DNA from: the human T2T-CHM13v2.0 reference genome, Homo sapiens
Length of the DNA: 64,000 nucleotides
Direction: 5' to 3' (one strand)
Assembly: GCF_009914755.1 (NCBI RefSeq)
Contig: NC_060932.1
Below, piece after piece: positions 13,801-31,267 of the stretch. The position numbers were made by a program, and so were the translations under genes. Below the pieces are notes generated by a model. It had not been told where the DNA came from. It did not search any database and saw only the letters and a program-made list of their open reading frames with translations. Each line of letters begins with the position of its first letter. Positions within the stretch are counted from its first letter, which is position 1.

Positions 13801-14220
13801 AGGTTCTTTGAGGGGATGCTATTACCCAAGAAGTCAAACTTTTAAGTAGGGAACATGGAACTGCTTAGGTGTTTTGTTTTGTTTTGTGAACATTTTGATA
13901 AAATGTGGTTCCTTTTGTTCCCTTTAGGTTAATCTCAAAGAAAGTCAATCTAAAAATAAAACAGCCATTCTTGCTTTGGTGTTCTTTACTGGCATCATGT
14001 ATGCAGATGTTTATCTCATTTTATCATTTGTGTTTCACAATCATACAAGACGGGTTAAACTTCAAAGGGACAGAAAAAGAGCATCTGACTTATATAACTT
14101 CAGTGATTTAAGACTAAGAGTGGTTTTACGTAGCTATTAGTTACTAGTGCTTAAATAAATCACCTCTGAATTGATGTCAAAGCATTCAGAAACACTTATG
14201 ACTCCTTGGTCACATGCTGC

Positions 14221-14324
14221 AAGTATTGTCAAAATACTTAAGTATTGTCAAAAAACTTAAGTATTGTCAAAAATACTTAAACCAAGTATGTTTAACCAAG
14301 TATGTTTAAACCAAGATATGTTTA
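14221..14324. repeat. Compound short tandem array: 3x ~19-20 bp AAGTATTGTCAAAATACTT plus 3x ~13-14 bp AACCAAGTATGTTT
   Basis: Direct read. Confidence 0.9.
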
Positions 14325-14589
14325 CCTGTATTTCTAATTCATCTGAAAACAATGAACTTAATTATAGTCAGCAGTGTCCTATGGGTTACTAGGCTACTTA
14401 AATATTTAAAAATATTTAAAAGGTTAGATTTGCAAACTCCATCATATTTTTTACTATCTATGCTGAAAATGTGGGAACATTTCTAACCATTCCTTTCCCA
14501 CCTTCTGAATTTGAAATTATACTGGATACTACCTCACAGATTGTCTTCCACAATGATGGCTGAGTGTTTGATAAAAATATGTCACCCTC

Positions 14590-14907
<318 letters not shown>

Positions 14908-15522
14908 CTAAGCAGATTCATTCAGTGGTATATTTTTCTCAAGAATTTATGTTACTTTGGGGGGGTGATGACTATGTTCATATCTTGAATGTGGTGACAA
15001 TTTCACAGTATATATACCTATGCCAAAATGTATTAAATTCAAAAGGGTCCATTACTATAACTTATGCCAAGTTGATTGTATTATATCTGCCAAGGTTATT
15101 GGAGCTGCTTAGCTGATCTACCCTCTCTAAACTGCCTAATCATTTCAAGGGTGCTGAAATTCATTTACAATGTTTTGCATTGCAGGTTTCATCTCAAGAT
15201 TTTTTTCCATGCCTAGCCCATTGAAGGCAAATGCCAACTCTTCCGAATTATTCACCCTCCAACTGACGCCCACAAGGCTAGAATACACCCCATCTCCTGT
15301 TAACATCAAGTTTAGGATATATTATTATTTAAATATCAAATCAATCTGAAATGAAGCTCCTGTAACAGAAACAGGTCGTTTTAAGATTTTTTAAAAAATT
15401 TTTAGTCTTGTAGTTATTTGACTTTGCATAAACCTTGTAGATACAAACATCCATCCAGACTTTATACAATTCCTGAAATAAAGTCAGTAGATCAGGTAGC
15501 CCAGGGCCACAGATTCTTCTCA

Positions 15523-15636
<114 letters not shown>

Positions 15637-16262
15637 TCAGAATCTCTCCTAAACCACATGTAACAAAAAATATCACATATTTTTAAAAAACGCATTTAAA
15701 AAAAAATGTTCTCAAGTTTAATTTATCCTTTAACTACTATTCATGTTAGCATGAAAAACTTTTTTTTTTTTCTGTTGCTTCTGTGACCACCACCCCATCT
15801 GTAGTAACTGTCTGGAACCACCTTCAGGAATCAAAAGTCACAAAGGAAAACTTGAACCTGTACTCGGATCCTTGACCCTCAAGATAACAGAGCCTGGCGG
15901 TAATTCACATGGGCCGTGCAATCTGCAGCCTGAAACAACAACTAACTGCATTACAGAGAAGCGTCTCTCTTTATACTTCTGCAATCCTTGGGATGCTGCT
16001 GGTTCATTTATCAAAGCCAGAAACTCCCTTCGGCTCTGCTGTAGTGGACAGAATTAATAGCTGCAGTAATCCAAGTAATTAAATGGTCCCAATAACCAAA
16101 GTCTATTGTATCCTTCTTAGGGAAGTAACACTTAAGGCTAAGAACCACAAAACTTTTAATTCCAAACATTGGCTGTGCTTCTATTCCACAGTCTAGTGTT
16201 TCACGCAATTCTAAACTAAGATAGAAATGTACTGAAGAAAGAAGAAAGAGAGAAATAAATAC

Positions 16263-16328
16263 CTCTCATGATCTGGCAGGGTGAGCCACTGCAATATGGT
16301 TAATATTCTCCGCTCGTGAGGGATGACA
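16263..16328 (-). CDS. ENPP2: ENPP2 exon 10
   Basis: CCAG|T GTC...GAG AG|GTATTT; VIPHERRILTILQWLTLPDHE; 66 nt; visible in ORF 16211..16438. Confidence 0.98.
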
Positions 16329-17041
16329 CTGGAGGGTAAAAGCAAGCAAAGCATGTTGTTAGGTTTCATTTCCGCAAACTCAAGCCTGAGGAGTGCTCGC
16401 TCTTGCACCCAGGCCAAATGCTCTCTATTTACCACCATCTGTTTTCACTTCATTTGTAGTAAAAGGCCCTCTTTCGAATTAGCGTTTAAACTACTATTTC
16501 CATTTGCAACATATTACGTTGCTCAACCTCTTCCACAGAAGACTACACTGGAAACTCTGATTCACAGTCAGAATGAGGAACCTGTCTTGCTAATCAGAAA
16601 CTCCACTACAAGCAGAAAGGACCCTGGTTTCAGAATCATTGTCATTTATTCTGTCGAGCCTTTAGCTGTGGCCATAAAGGGATCAGTACTTACATCCCCA
16701 ATCCGCCTCTTGCTGGCGGTGTGACCTCTCTTGACCACTCGGTCTCAGTTTACTCATCGGTAAGATAAAGCTAACAGCAAAGAACACTGTACAGCTTGGT
16801 TGTAAGGATGAAATGAGACAAGACAAGGAAAGGGCATGTCCAGTGCGTAAGACACAGTAAGTTCTTTAAAAACATATTTTTATTAATGATCATAATGCGT
16901 TATCATTCTGCCTCTAAATAATGGTATGACTTTAGAAACACTACCTAACCTGAAACTTTAAGTTCCTCCTCTATAAAATAATGGGTTAGGGAAGGTATTC
17001 TTGCCATTTTCTTCCAGCCCTGTAAAAATCTACCAAGAATA

Positions 17042-17341
17042 GGCCAGGTGCAGTGGCTCATGCCTATAATCCCAGCATTTTGGGAAGCCGAGGCAGGCAG
17101 ATCACCTGAGGTCAGGAGTTCGAGACCAGCCTGACCAGCATGGCAAAACCCCGTCACTACTAAAAATACAAAATTAGCCAGGCATGGTGGCACATGCCTG
17201 TAATCCCAGCTACTTGGGAGGCTGAGGCAAGAGAATCGCTTGAATCCAGGAGGCAGAGGTTGCAGTGAGCCAAGATTACAGCATTACACTACAGCCTGGG
17301 CAACAAGAGTGAAACTCTGTCTCAAAAAAAAAAAAAAAAAA
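17042..17341 (+). mobile_element. AluS
   Basis: Full dimer; AAGAATA flanking both ends. Confidence 0.95.
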
Positions 17342-18825
17342 GAATAGGCACATATAATTAAGAGACTGACAAAAAGGGTATAATCTTCATCCACAATAAC
17401 TTTTGTGTTTAAGTCTCTTTCCTCTGTTGAAATATAATTACCCTAAGTCTGGCACTAGCTTTAAGGGCTCTAAGGCCTCACAGCTAACATGACAGTATTG
17501 CATCCCCGGCTGAGTTACATTCAGATGCTCACAAGCTGAGTGATATCTTTAGTCAGGGGAAATTCACCCACTCTTTCCCAACAGGGAGCACAAAATGCAT
17601 TTTCACTCCCCGATCCAAGACCAGGCATTAGAGGCATGTTCATGATGAATTCAAACTAAAGCACAAGTTTAAATGTGGTCAGGAAAAATTATTGTGGAAC
17701 ATTGGTGAGCCATTTAAACTTTTACTCTCAGTGGACATGAGCAGTGAGAGAGCTGGGAGAAGGATAAATCCTCAAGCCGGGGCTCTCATCAAGTGGTTTC
17801 TCTTCCTCCCCCATCACCATCCAGCTCACAGGGATTTGTCATTCCCCAGGCACCCTCTCTTTCTGGAACTATCACACAAGACCAGAAAATCATGTGTGCC
17901 ATAAAATGAGTCCAAATTTAAACATATTCCAATGCTATTGGATAAATGCGACCCTGATCACTATATCCTATAATTGAATTAGAAATAGGCAGAGCAAAGC
18001 CAGGTTAATCACTTAAGGAATTTAATTCTTCAGCTTTAGAAATCCTTTGTATCTGAGCAAAATAATTGCATACTTTGAATTCTTTCCTGTTTAAAAAAAA
18101 AAAGTGAATGCCAGAGCCTTTTCATTATACTTTATTTCACTACCTGCCTAAAAGCTGCTTTATTTTACGTAATTGGTGTTAAGCCACAGAAACGGGCCCT
18201 AATGAACCCACTTTCAATACTAATGGAAAAATACAAACTAACAGAATCTGTGTCAAGCTCAGAATGCTCACCCCTGAATGCCCTCGTTGGATGGGGTACT
18301 TGAACAATGGTAGACGGGGAATTAAAAGTGCCAGCTATGAGGCCAGAGTGCTTGGGTTTGTATCCTGACTCCAACAAATGCTGGTGATAAGACTTGGCAA
18401 GTTATCTAAACTTTTGATGCCTCTGGAAAACGAGGACAATATAATAGTACCTATCTCATAAAGTTGTAGTAAAGGTGAAAAGAGAATACATTTAGAATAG
18501 TGAAAAGCATTTAGAATAGTGCTGGGCACATAGAAAGGGTTTAGAAAAATGTTAGCTTTTATTGTTATATACTAAATGTATAGGTCTGCAGAGATGATAT
18601 ATTCATTCACAAAATATTTGTTAAGGGCATATTGGGTTTAAGGCATTTGTGTAAACGTAAATAAAGATATTCCTACCAAAAAGACTATTATGGAGGGGTC
18701 GTCATTTTCTTGGGGGAAAGATAAGCAAGTGATAATTCTTTTCTGGGCAGGGGCTGATTGTGTTTGTGTTGAGAATAAGATGAGGACGCTGGAGGTCTGA
18801 GTAGCCATCCTACCTCTGACCTTAG

Positions 18826-19203
<378 letters not shown>

Positions 19204-19563
19204 TAAATGAGGAGTTGGGCAAGGTTGTCTCTGTTTCCTAGGAGTTCTAGATTATCTTTATGAAATAACCTCAGAGACCAAAAGGACATGGCCCTTAGCC
19301 ATTAGCATTTCAAATATTCAAATACAATGCGCAGACAGCACAAATAAATCTGACCAAGAAAGAGCAAAAAAAGAAATGGGGTACATGTTGCTGTCTTCAC
19401 CACCACTGATTGATGCAGAATTTGTCATGAGACCAAGTATATTAGAAATGGTCAAAAAAAAAAAAAAAGACTAAGTTAAGTATTTACTAGTAAAGGAGAG
19501 CAAATTATCTTAAGTCATATATAGCCCTTGTCTAGTCAATGTTGAAAGAGAGAATGTGAATAA

Positions 19564-20231
<668 letters not shown>

Positions 20232-20290
20232 TAAGCATTTTAAATATGTTAGCTCATTGCATCTTTGCAACATCCCATGATGAAGATACC

Positions 20291-20631
<341 letters not shown>

Positions 20632-22258
20632 GAAGATACTGTAATTTTTATTTGAAGATGAGGACATGGATTTGTTGAGAGATTAAATCACTAGTCCAAG
20701 GTCACCAATCTAATAAGCAGCCAAGCTGGGATGAGAATCAACGTGAACAATCATACATAATGGGAATTACTGTCTTTGAACATGAATTGGCACAAAAGAA
20801 TGGAGCATCAGCCGAAGATTATTTCAGAATGAAATACTATCATTTAAAAGGCAAGAATAATTCTAGGTTGCAGTACGGAACCATGTTAAAAAGATGGCCT
20901 TCAAAGTCTAAGTCTATGGTTTGAATCAGGTTCTAAATTTTTTTAAGTTTTCAGAATATACACTGTGTAGATTTCCTTGACGTATATATTCTCTTAACTA
21001 ACTGAAAGTGTGATCCTATTTTTTTAAAGTTGTAAAATACTTCAAAAAAAAGGGGAAAAAATGAATCCAAGTCACTTTCAGGATACAGAGTTAAAATAAT
21101 AGTCTGAGAAGCAAATGAAAGCTACAGACATCTTTGGAGCATACAAAAGCCACCTTCTTATAAGTGATTTCAAATGGGTGGAGAAAATTGCCATTCAAAA
21201 CCAGAACACTGGGCCTTTTCAATGAGGCTTTGCAGCAGTTTCAGGGGGGCAAAGGTGGGGACTCAGTATTAATTATGTTGTTGGCTCCTCTCCATTCTGC
21301 CAGGCAAATATGTTACAGAACAGAAGAAAATACTTCTATGAGCGTCTATGACAGTCAAGAGTTAAAGAAATGTCACACATAGGATAACACTGGTAAATCA
21401 ACATGCTGTTTATATTAAGCAGTATCATTTCCAACCTACCTACACTTACTTCTCAGCTCAGAAACCTCTTTAAAAAAAAAAAAAAGAAAGAAAGAAATCT
21501 CTTAAAGGGACAGTGTGTGCTAGATTCAAATCACCAAACCCAATTTCAATTTAGCCCTTCAAATCTGAAAAAGCTACTTTTATTTCTGATTTTAGAGAGT
21601 ATAGACAGTACCGTTCTGGATTAATTTGAGCCTGCAGTAGCTCTCAGCACACTGCTATTATAGAATAGTCAGATTTTTGTTAGGCATACAGGCAAATACA
21701 GAAACAGCTTTAGGTGGTTTAAAAAAAAAAAAAAGATGGAAAGAACATCTCAGTGGGAACAAAATCCCCGTGAAAGTTGAAACAGATTCCTTTTCTTACT
21801 AAGGAACCTTAAAAATCATCAACATGTTGATACTTTTATTAGGTAAGATTCATCTTAAGGCTTATGAACATTAACTGCTTATCCCCCCATCACTTCTTTA
21901 GGGATGGGAAGGAGCCCCACTTTCTTATTAGAAAAATCCTGGAGTTCAGTGGGAAAATGAGGTGAAAATAGAGGCTTCCCCTTGGTCTCCTGTCTGGAAC
22001 TTTCAATCTCTAGACGACTCCTTCGGCTCCCCAGAGGCCTGAGACCATCTAGATATTTTTAAGTTGTGAACCAAAATAAATATAATATGTTGTCATATAT
22101 TTATAGAAAATGATAACGACAGCCACTGCCATAAATAGTCTAAGAGAAATATACATGTCCTAGATGGCAAGTTACCAAAAACCTACAAACAGGAATAGAA
22201 AAATCTAAAGGACATCCGGAAGGAGGAGAGACCATCTTACATTCTGTTGAGAGGATGG

Positions 22259-22688
<430 letters not shown>

Positions 22689-22786
22689 TCACATTTAACT
22701 GAAACAAAATAAAACTTAAATTGATGTTTTAGAAATTGAATCATAGCTGTCATTTTATAAACATTGACAAAATAAAGGTAACTTAC

Positions 22787-22842
22787 ACAGACCAAAAGAA
22801 TGTTCCAGCTTTCACCCCTTGCTTGGTGGCTGTAATCCATAG
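22787..22842 (-). CDS. ENPP2: ENPP2 exon 9
   Basis: CATTAG|CTA TGG...TCT GT|GTAAGT; LWITATKQGVKAGTFFWS; 56 nt. Confidence 0.98.
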
Positions 22843-25351
22843 CTAATGAGGAAAATATAAGCGGCTTAAAATGTGTTCTGTGTTTTTGTCAAAGAAGAAA
22901 AAGTTTTTAAAATACATTAGATCAGATATCTTATACTCTACTCACACCCCAACATAAATTTTCCATTATTTGCAACCATTTATTTTCACATCTGGAAGTC
23001 AGAATCATTATTTCCACAAATGTTATTCAATATATTCTCTGCAAAAGCTCTCAAAAGCTCCTGCTATGATTCTAGTGACATATTTTTTAAAATCTTATTT
23101 TATCTCAAAAGCCTCTCTCTTCTGTACCTGTCTTTTCTGATCATTGTTTTGAACAATTAACTTATGCAGCATAATTCTGCTCATCAAAGGACCCAAGAGT
23201 GGGCCATATGTTTCCTTTACTATTGAAAGCCTCAAGGAGGAGTGCCCCAATTTGGCATCCAGATGTCAGAATTTTGGAATCCAGATTGTCTTGTTTTAGT
23301 TTAAACTAGATGAATGAGAAGGGGGAAAAAGGCTAATTTTTAATTTTGATTTTTCCTAAATCTTTTACCTAGCCTTTTAGTAAATGTTATTTTAGAGGAA
23401 AGTTCCTAGAATAAGTTAAGTGAACCAAGCATTTCATCAAGGTTTTTAAAATATTCTTTACACCGTGTACTATTGGGGAGGCATAAGATATAGGAGTTTA
23501 GAACCTGGGCTCTGCAATCAGACAGTTTGGATTTTAAGCCTTGTTTCTGTCACTTACCAGCCATGTAGTCCTTTGGCAAGTTACTTAATATCTTTGTGTT
23601 TCTGTTTCCTTTACAATGTAAATAATCTTATCTAGCATATAGGATTATTCTAAGCTTTAATGAGTTAATACATTTAAAGTCCTTAAACCAGTGTCTTAAC
23701 ATCTGGCAAACACTCGATAAATTTACATATTTATTGTTATGCAATAATGGAAATAAATAATCCAATTATTCTAGTAATATTAAAAACAGCCTAAGATGGC
23801 AAGTGTCCCACTGAACAGAAGTCTATGAGAAGAAACCCCCTCACTTAAAGAAAGAGAATGGAAGCAAATACGAGAGAGAATTGTGGTTTGCCTAAGACCA
23901 AAACAAAAATGATCTGGGAATTGTAGCCAGCCCCTTTTCTGGTTTCATTGTCACCAGCCTTTGAGAGTATCCTTAAAGAGTGACAACTTATTTTTTGAGG
24001 AAATGGGTAACTGGGAGGTGGAGAACATCCAGAAGCTTAACCATTGTTTCAAAATCACCTGGGATACCTGCCCTGGGAAAGCTCGAAAAGGGTTCCAGCC
24101 CCCTTGGAGCCTCTAGAAATCCTCAGCCCCAAACTAACAGCTACTGTAGCTGGCAAATGAGGGATGGGGCAGGAGAACGTACAGAGCACTCTTCAGTCTG
24201 TGGGTTCTGAGCTGCTGGTGAATTTCATCAGCCTGGGAGAGGTAGGGGCCTCATCCTGTTCACATGGCTCTGAGGGACCAGACCTTCTTGGCCAGACTTT
24301 TGGTTCCCTGGGATGTTTGGAGACATAAGAATCTCAGATTGTTCTGAGAGTCCTTCACTCCATTTAGTCCAAAGCTCTTTCTATTTTAAAGACAAATTCT
24401 GGCATCCTCCAGGAACCCCAGCCCAACTAGGGTTCAGAATGTGTCCTGGACTTTCATTCATTCTTGTTCCAGCACCTCCACCAGCAAGAAGATGAGCTCA
24501 AATGAAGTGCTGGACACACTATAAAACCATGCCAGTTCCCAAAGAGGCCAGTTCCTTATATTAAGGGATCTATTTTCATACTTATTTTAATTGCTTATAC
24601 ACAATCTTAGCACATTCCAATATCCAAACAACTTCCTAGATGTACTGCCTTGCTATTTCCAAGAAGATTGTACTAGGCAATACTTGGCATCTATGAAATT
24701 TAAGATTAATATGGAGTTTCCTAAAGGAAAACACACTTTTAATACAAATTTCTCAAATAATGACCTGCACTTTCAAAAAGTATACGGTAGAATACATGCT
24801 GATGTTGGCATCATTAGGGCAACAGGAAGTTCTGAGAGTTAATTTAACTCAGTAATCCTTAGGGAAAAAAGATCACTGGAAGAGGTCTTTACAGTGTCAA
24901 AAGGAAGGAGCACACAGAGTGAAAATGACAGGGTATGTTAAAATTATTATGATGGCAAAATTAAGATCATTTGTTCTTTATATTTTTCTGTACTTTCCAA
25001 CAATTTTACAGTGACAATCAACTTACTTGTAATCAGAAAAAAAAAACTAACCAATTTTAAAAAGCAGTGTCTTAGAAGCATACAGTGTAAACTATGGAGG
25101 CAATTTAAAGGTAAAATTTGTATTTCTTCTAAAAACAAAATCAAAAAGCAGAAAAATTCTGCCTGTTTCTTGGTAAAAGTCAGGTTGACCACATTTTCAA
25201 AAAGAAAATTGAGAGCATGATCAGAAAAGTATAAAAACTGAACAAAAAAGATAAAATACTTAAAATGAAAAGCACATTTTCCCAAGGGGGGGAAAAAGGC
25301 ACTAAAATATTGGTCCAGAAGAAGAAAAGTGAATACAAGCCGATAAGGTTA

Positions 25352-25355
<4 letters not shown>

Positions 25356-25382
<27 letters not shown>
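25356..25382. repeat. (GA)n microsatellite
   Basis: Direct read. Confidence 0.95.
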
Positions 25383-25472
25383 AGCTTCCCGGTTCCTTGT
25401 TAATTCAGAGATATAAGTGTCAAAGTTTCTCTGAATTTGAATGCAATATAAATTTCTTCAGAGGGTAGTTTA

Positions 25473-25836
<364 letters not shown>

Positions 25837-26608
25837 CTAATCCCAAAACTCCCTGCATTGCTTTCCTTTATCTGGAGGCCCAGCTTTCAACATTTGTGTC
25901 CTAGATGCTGCTTTGTGAAAAGGGGACAAATGGGAATGACATTGTATCTTGTGATGTGCTATTTATTAGAAATCAAAAAGGCTTCCTCCACAGGAACCAA
26001 GTAGGTTAAATATGAAATTCAACACTTTCTCAAATTCAGCATGTAGCTTTGGGAGAAAAGGAGAAGTTTGGAAAAAGAAAAATATTAGCCAAAAACATTT
26101 TTTCAAAAAACATAAACTACTAGTGCAGTCTTTCTAGCAGTTCCTCGAAGGGAAATCATTCCTTTGCACTCGAAAGCATTGAGCTAGGATAAACAGAATT
26201 CTAGGAGACCAGGGGATCGGTGGAGCACTTGCTTCAGCAGATCAATCGCTGAGAATCAGAACAAATTAAGGGTGTGGGGGTTGGGGGAGGCAGCAGAAGA
26301 GACTGGGGCCCAATGCAGCTGGTTTCCACGTGATTAGGGCCAGAAGGAGGTGAGTGAGGAAGCTGTTGGCATGTGGCCGGAGCTGCCGAGGCTGAGATGG
26401 AGTGCTGTCCTTAAGGCCACCTACCCTAGGGGAAGCACAGGCCAAATATGCCCCCGAAGGAAACAAAGAACAGTTCCATCCGAAACACAATAGCGGAGCC
26501 AGGCTCTAGATTGGGTCTTCGAAACAGAAATACACCAAGTCCCTACCTGCATGGGACCCGCAGTGTAAAGCAGACCTGTGAATAACCAACTTCAAAAGGA
26601 GGTGGTCA

Positions 26609-26912
26609 GGCCGGGCGCCGTGGCTCACACCTGTAATCCCAGCACTTTGGGAGGCCAAGGCAGACAGATCACTTGAGGTCAGGAGTTCAAGACCAGACTG
26701 GTTGACATAGTGAAACGCCACTCTACTAAAAATACAAAAAAATTTTATCTGGGCATGGTGGCACACGCCTGTAATCCCAGCTACCCAGGAGGTAGAGGTA
26801 TGAGAATCACTTGAACCCGGGAGGCGGAGGTTGCTGTGAGCCGAGACTGTGCCACTGCCCTCCAGCCTGGGCGACAGAGCAAAACTCTGTCTCAAAAAAA
26901 ATAAAAATAAAA
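26609..26912 (+). mobile_element. AluS
   Basis: GGCCGGGCGCCGTGGCTCAC start, A-rich tail. Confidence 0.94.
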
Positions 26913-27373
26913 AGAGATTTCCAAATTTATGATAGTAAAAATATAAAAGCCCAAAGGACAGTCACTTTGCTTAGCCAGAGCTGGAAATGCTGGGGGAAGG
27001 AAGGCCTCCTCGGGACAGACACTTCAGCTGAAATTTGGAAGAAAAATAAGAGGCTGGTAAGCAAAGGCACCAGGTTAGCAGAGCTCGCCCTAACTAGGTA
27101 CATTTGGATACAGTACAAAGAGAAAAAACTGCAGGTCTGCGGTAGTATATGGAAAAGAAACAACAGAATAAAGAATAGGTTAAATGTTCCTGAAAAGAAA
27201 TATTGTCTCTTTATCAGGACAATAAAACAGATAAAAAGAGGTTAGCAATGACTTGTACTTTCCATCAAGTCAACCCCTTTTGGCCTGGAAAGTCACCCCT
27301 ATTCTGTGTCATTCTTCTTCTCCTGCTGTCTCTGTCTTAAACACACATTTCTTGCATTTTTTCACTGCAGTCA

Positions 27374-27811
<438 letters not shown>

Positions 27812-28589
27812 TTACTCCAGAAATGCTGACTTCAGGAGACTTGGATCATGATGGGGTATTAAACTTGTTTCTCAAATCTCCACATTTAGTCAACTCCTAG
27901 GAATCCCATTCATTCCTCCCATTGCTGAGAATCCAGATTTAAACAGAACAGGGAACAACCCCATGGAAGTATCTTTGTATTAGAAATTGCAGGACCGTAG
28001 CAGAGAGAATTTCCAAAGAAACCAACCCACTTAAGGAACTCCATTAAACTACGTATGAGAAATGCAGGGTCCTACAGCAAACGACTGCTTCTAGCAATGC
28101 ATGTTGAGTATTAACAAATTAAAAGCAGACTAGACTTTAATTGACTATATCAAGGCTAAAAAACAAAGATTAAATTAAATTATAAAAGACTAAATTAAAT
28201 TATTTTCGGAAGACGCCTATTTAGATTCAAATTTTCAAATGGCCATTGTACAATTGCCTCATCCCATCTACTAGAGTTTATGCTAGGACAAGAAGTGGCT
28301 TTTATTCACCATGTAATCTGACCCCTATGCCATTTGGCTAAATGTCTTGCATGGTTTAGTCCCTCAGTAAAAATAAATTGAGTTTAATTTAATTATCAAT
28401 CTAAGATTTGTATAAATATTTTCTCTTATAAATGTATAAAAAATTATAAGACTTTTATAAATATTTTTTCACTGGTGATTTTAAAACGAAGCCTCTGAGA
28501 GGATGGTATAAATGCTTGTAGAATATTCATTAATTTTTTCTTATAGTACTTTTAGTTGCTTATACTCTTATACTTTGACTAAAGTTTCT

Positions 28590-28830
28590 TTTTAATTACT
28601 TTTTATTTATAACTGACATATAATAATTGTGCATATTTATGGGATACAGTGTGATGTTTCAATGCATGTGTACATTGTATAATGATCAAATCAGGGTAAT
28701 TACCATATCCATAACTTTAAACATTTATCATTTCTTTTTGGTGACAACATTTAAAATTTTCCATCTTAAATACACTACATTGTTATTTGCTATAGTCACC
28801 CTACTGTATAATAGAACACCCTACTGTATA
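28590..28830 (-). mobile_element. L1MA-type 3' end fragment
   Basis: ATAATTGTGCATATTTATGGGATACAGTGTGATGTTTC...AATGATCAAATCAGGGTAATT. Confidence 0.75.
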
Positions 28831-28927
28831 ATAGAATAGAACAATACTTTGTCTATATGTTTTTCCAATATGCCAAATTTCAATAAAATGTGTTTTTAAA
28901 TTGTAGTTACTATGCTCCTGGGAAATC

Positions 28928-29229
28928 TTTTTTTTTTTTTTTTTTTTTTGAGATGGAGTCTCGCACTGTCACCCGGGCTGGAGTGCAATGGTGTGATCTC
29001 AACTCACTGCAACCTCCACCTCCAGCTTCAAGCAATTTTCCTGCCTCAGCCTCCCGAGTAGCTAGGATTACAGGTGCCTGCCACCACACCTGGCTAATTT
29101 TTTGTATCTTTAGTAGAGATGGAGTTTCACTATGTTGGCCAGGCTGGTCTCAAACTCCTGACCTCATGATCCACCCACCTCAGCCTCCCAAAGTGCTGAG
29201 CCATCGCACATGAGCCACCACGCCCGGCC
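28928..29229 (-). mobile_element. AluS
   Basis: TSD CTCCT(G/A)GGAA(A/T)TCTT. Confidence 0.93.
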
Positions 29230-30799
29230 CCTCCTAGGAATTCTTATGGTGGCCATCTTGCCCAAGATGACAGAAACACTAGTCAGTTTCACCACAAATC
29301 TTGGTCAGCATGAGGAGAGTACTAAACTTGGTCAGATGCGTCAACTTTGGGAGTTAGTGAGGAAACAGGTAAACAGAGCTGAAACAGAGACTTCACTTCA
29401 TTGGGCAGGTTAACAGCATTTCCTCTGCTCTGCTTTTGCAGAAGTTAATGAATATGTGGCCTCATCTTCTTCTGAGTCATCCTAACCCAAAGCAAACCTT
29501 ATGTCAACACTTGGTGTAAGGTGATCCAATTTGATAAAATTACTATTTATCTCTAATCCTTTAAGGTTCTTCAGGTAAGTTTGCTTCCATAATCAAATTA
29601 ATATAAAAGACCCACTAGTGAAAGCTTAATGGAGCTCTAATTTCAATCATTTTGTGTACTCATAAAATATTCCCCTATCATAAACTTTGAATAATCCACC
29701 CTGTCAACAAATTTCACTATGATCACACCCTAGGCCATTATGGACTTCTGGGAGTCCAGCCTGAATAAAGACAGCAGAATCAGAGCATCTATTATAAAGA
29801 AACTTATCTGCAGATGTACAAGAAGTCTTTCAATGTTTATTTTTTTAATAAAAAGCTCATATTTATCCTTGCATACTGATTTACCTATTATGCAATATAA
29901 ATATTTTGATCACAAATGACCTTTTCTTAAAGTGAGATACCTTAAGAAAAAATTTCTATTTATAGTCCTTATTTTGTCCATAAATTGCAGCAAAAGATTT
30001 CCAGGTACAAGATCATTGAGGCATGGTGGATACATGGATGTGTGCAGACACTGCCCACCAGTCATGCCACGGTTGAGTGCACAAAGTTCTCCCAGCCCTC
30101 TTCTCTAACCAGTGCTGCAGGAAGCCACTGTCTCCAATCAGAATTGGCATGAGATGGAACCACTTACCATCTTACTTCTACATGTTTCTGATTGCCTGTG
30201 TGCCCTGGGTTATGTTCCTAGGTGATTCTGATACTTCTGGCCAGAAGCTTGTACACTTCAGCCCAGCTCTGCACATTCAACAACTGTGGCTTTATGCTGC
30301 TTTGCTCATGTCTGACCAAAGCAAGTTGCGTAACCATACACACGGTCACAGGAAAAACATTAGGTAGAAAGCCACCTACAACCCTTTTTATTTTCTGCCC
30401 AGTCATTTGATCTGAAGTAAACAGGGTGATTTCTTTTCAAAGTATTAATTTGCTATTTCAGTATCAAGGTAGGATTCTGCTTTTTGTATTTAACTTCATG
30501 ATTTTTAAAAAATAGATTAAATAAAAAAATTCATGAATTTACTGTGGATTTCAGTGAGTTCCCTTTTTTTCCAGCAAGTTTCCCTGTTTCTGTTATTATA
30601 GCATCAGGGCTAGCATATTGGGGAAGTCACAGTCATACACTTCTCTTTTTTATTATACGCCTAAATCTGGGAAATCAATGAGATCTGACTATTTCTTTGT
30701 CAAAATGGTTCTGAAATTCACCTCATCACCATTGTCACCACCATAATCCTAGGGAAGACATTCATATCATCTCACTTTTATAATCATAGCCTCACAAAG

Positions 30800-30990
30800 A
30801 TGCATGCATATATACACACAGAGACACATACACATATGTATACATACATGTATATTCTATGTGCACATATGTATGTACACATACATAAATATATAATATA
30901 TACATATATCAGATATATAATGCATATATACACATATTTCAGATATATATATAATGCATATATACACATATTTCATGTTTGTATGTATAT
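30800..30990. repeat. Degenerate (TA/CA)n low-complexity tract downstream of exon 8
   Basis: Alternating purine-pyrimidine; source of spurious Y/I/C-rich ORFs. Confidence 0.9.
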
Positions 30991-31081
30991 TAAAAGTATC
31001 AAAAGACAGAAACATTGCCAAGTATGAGGAAATTATACGCATTTTTTCCACATCTAACAAATTTGGGGATGAAATGTCTCA

Positions 31082-31267
<186 letters not shown>

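Noticed and set aside
14221-14324. Palindromic repeated units superficially resembling a CRISPR array
   Set aside because: No unique spacers, no cas genes, and the context is a mammalian intron.
22735-22786. Intron 9 start can be read as NVYKM, reminiscent of the ENPP1 insertion loop (DIYKM)
   Set aside because: It is in the wrong frame (immediate TAA in frame), only a 3-residue match, and intronic relics would not survive since early vertebrate duplication.
26224-26240. GCACTTGCTTCAGCAG resembling the U6 snRNA 5' end
   Set aside because: Only ~16 nt with mismatches; the following sequence does not continue as U6.
28797-28836. 20-bp tandem duplication CACCCTACTGTATAATAGAA x2 (and GGACTATTGCAC x2 at ~43410-43440)
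   Set aside because: Ordinary slippage duplications within old L1 fragments, with no functional indication.
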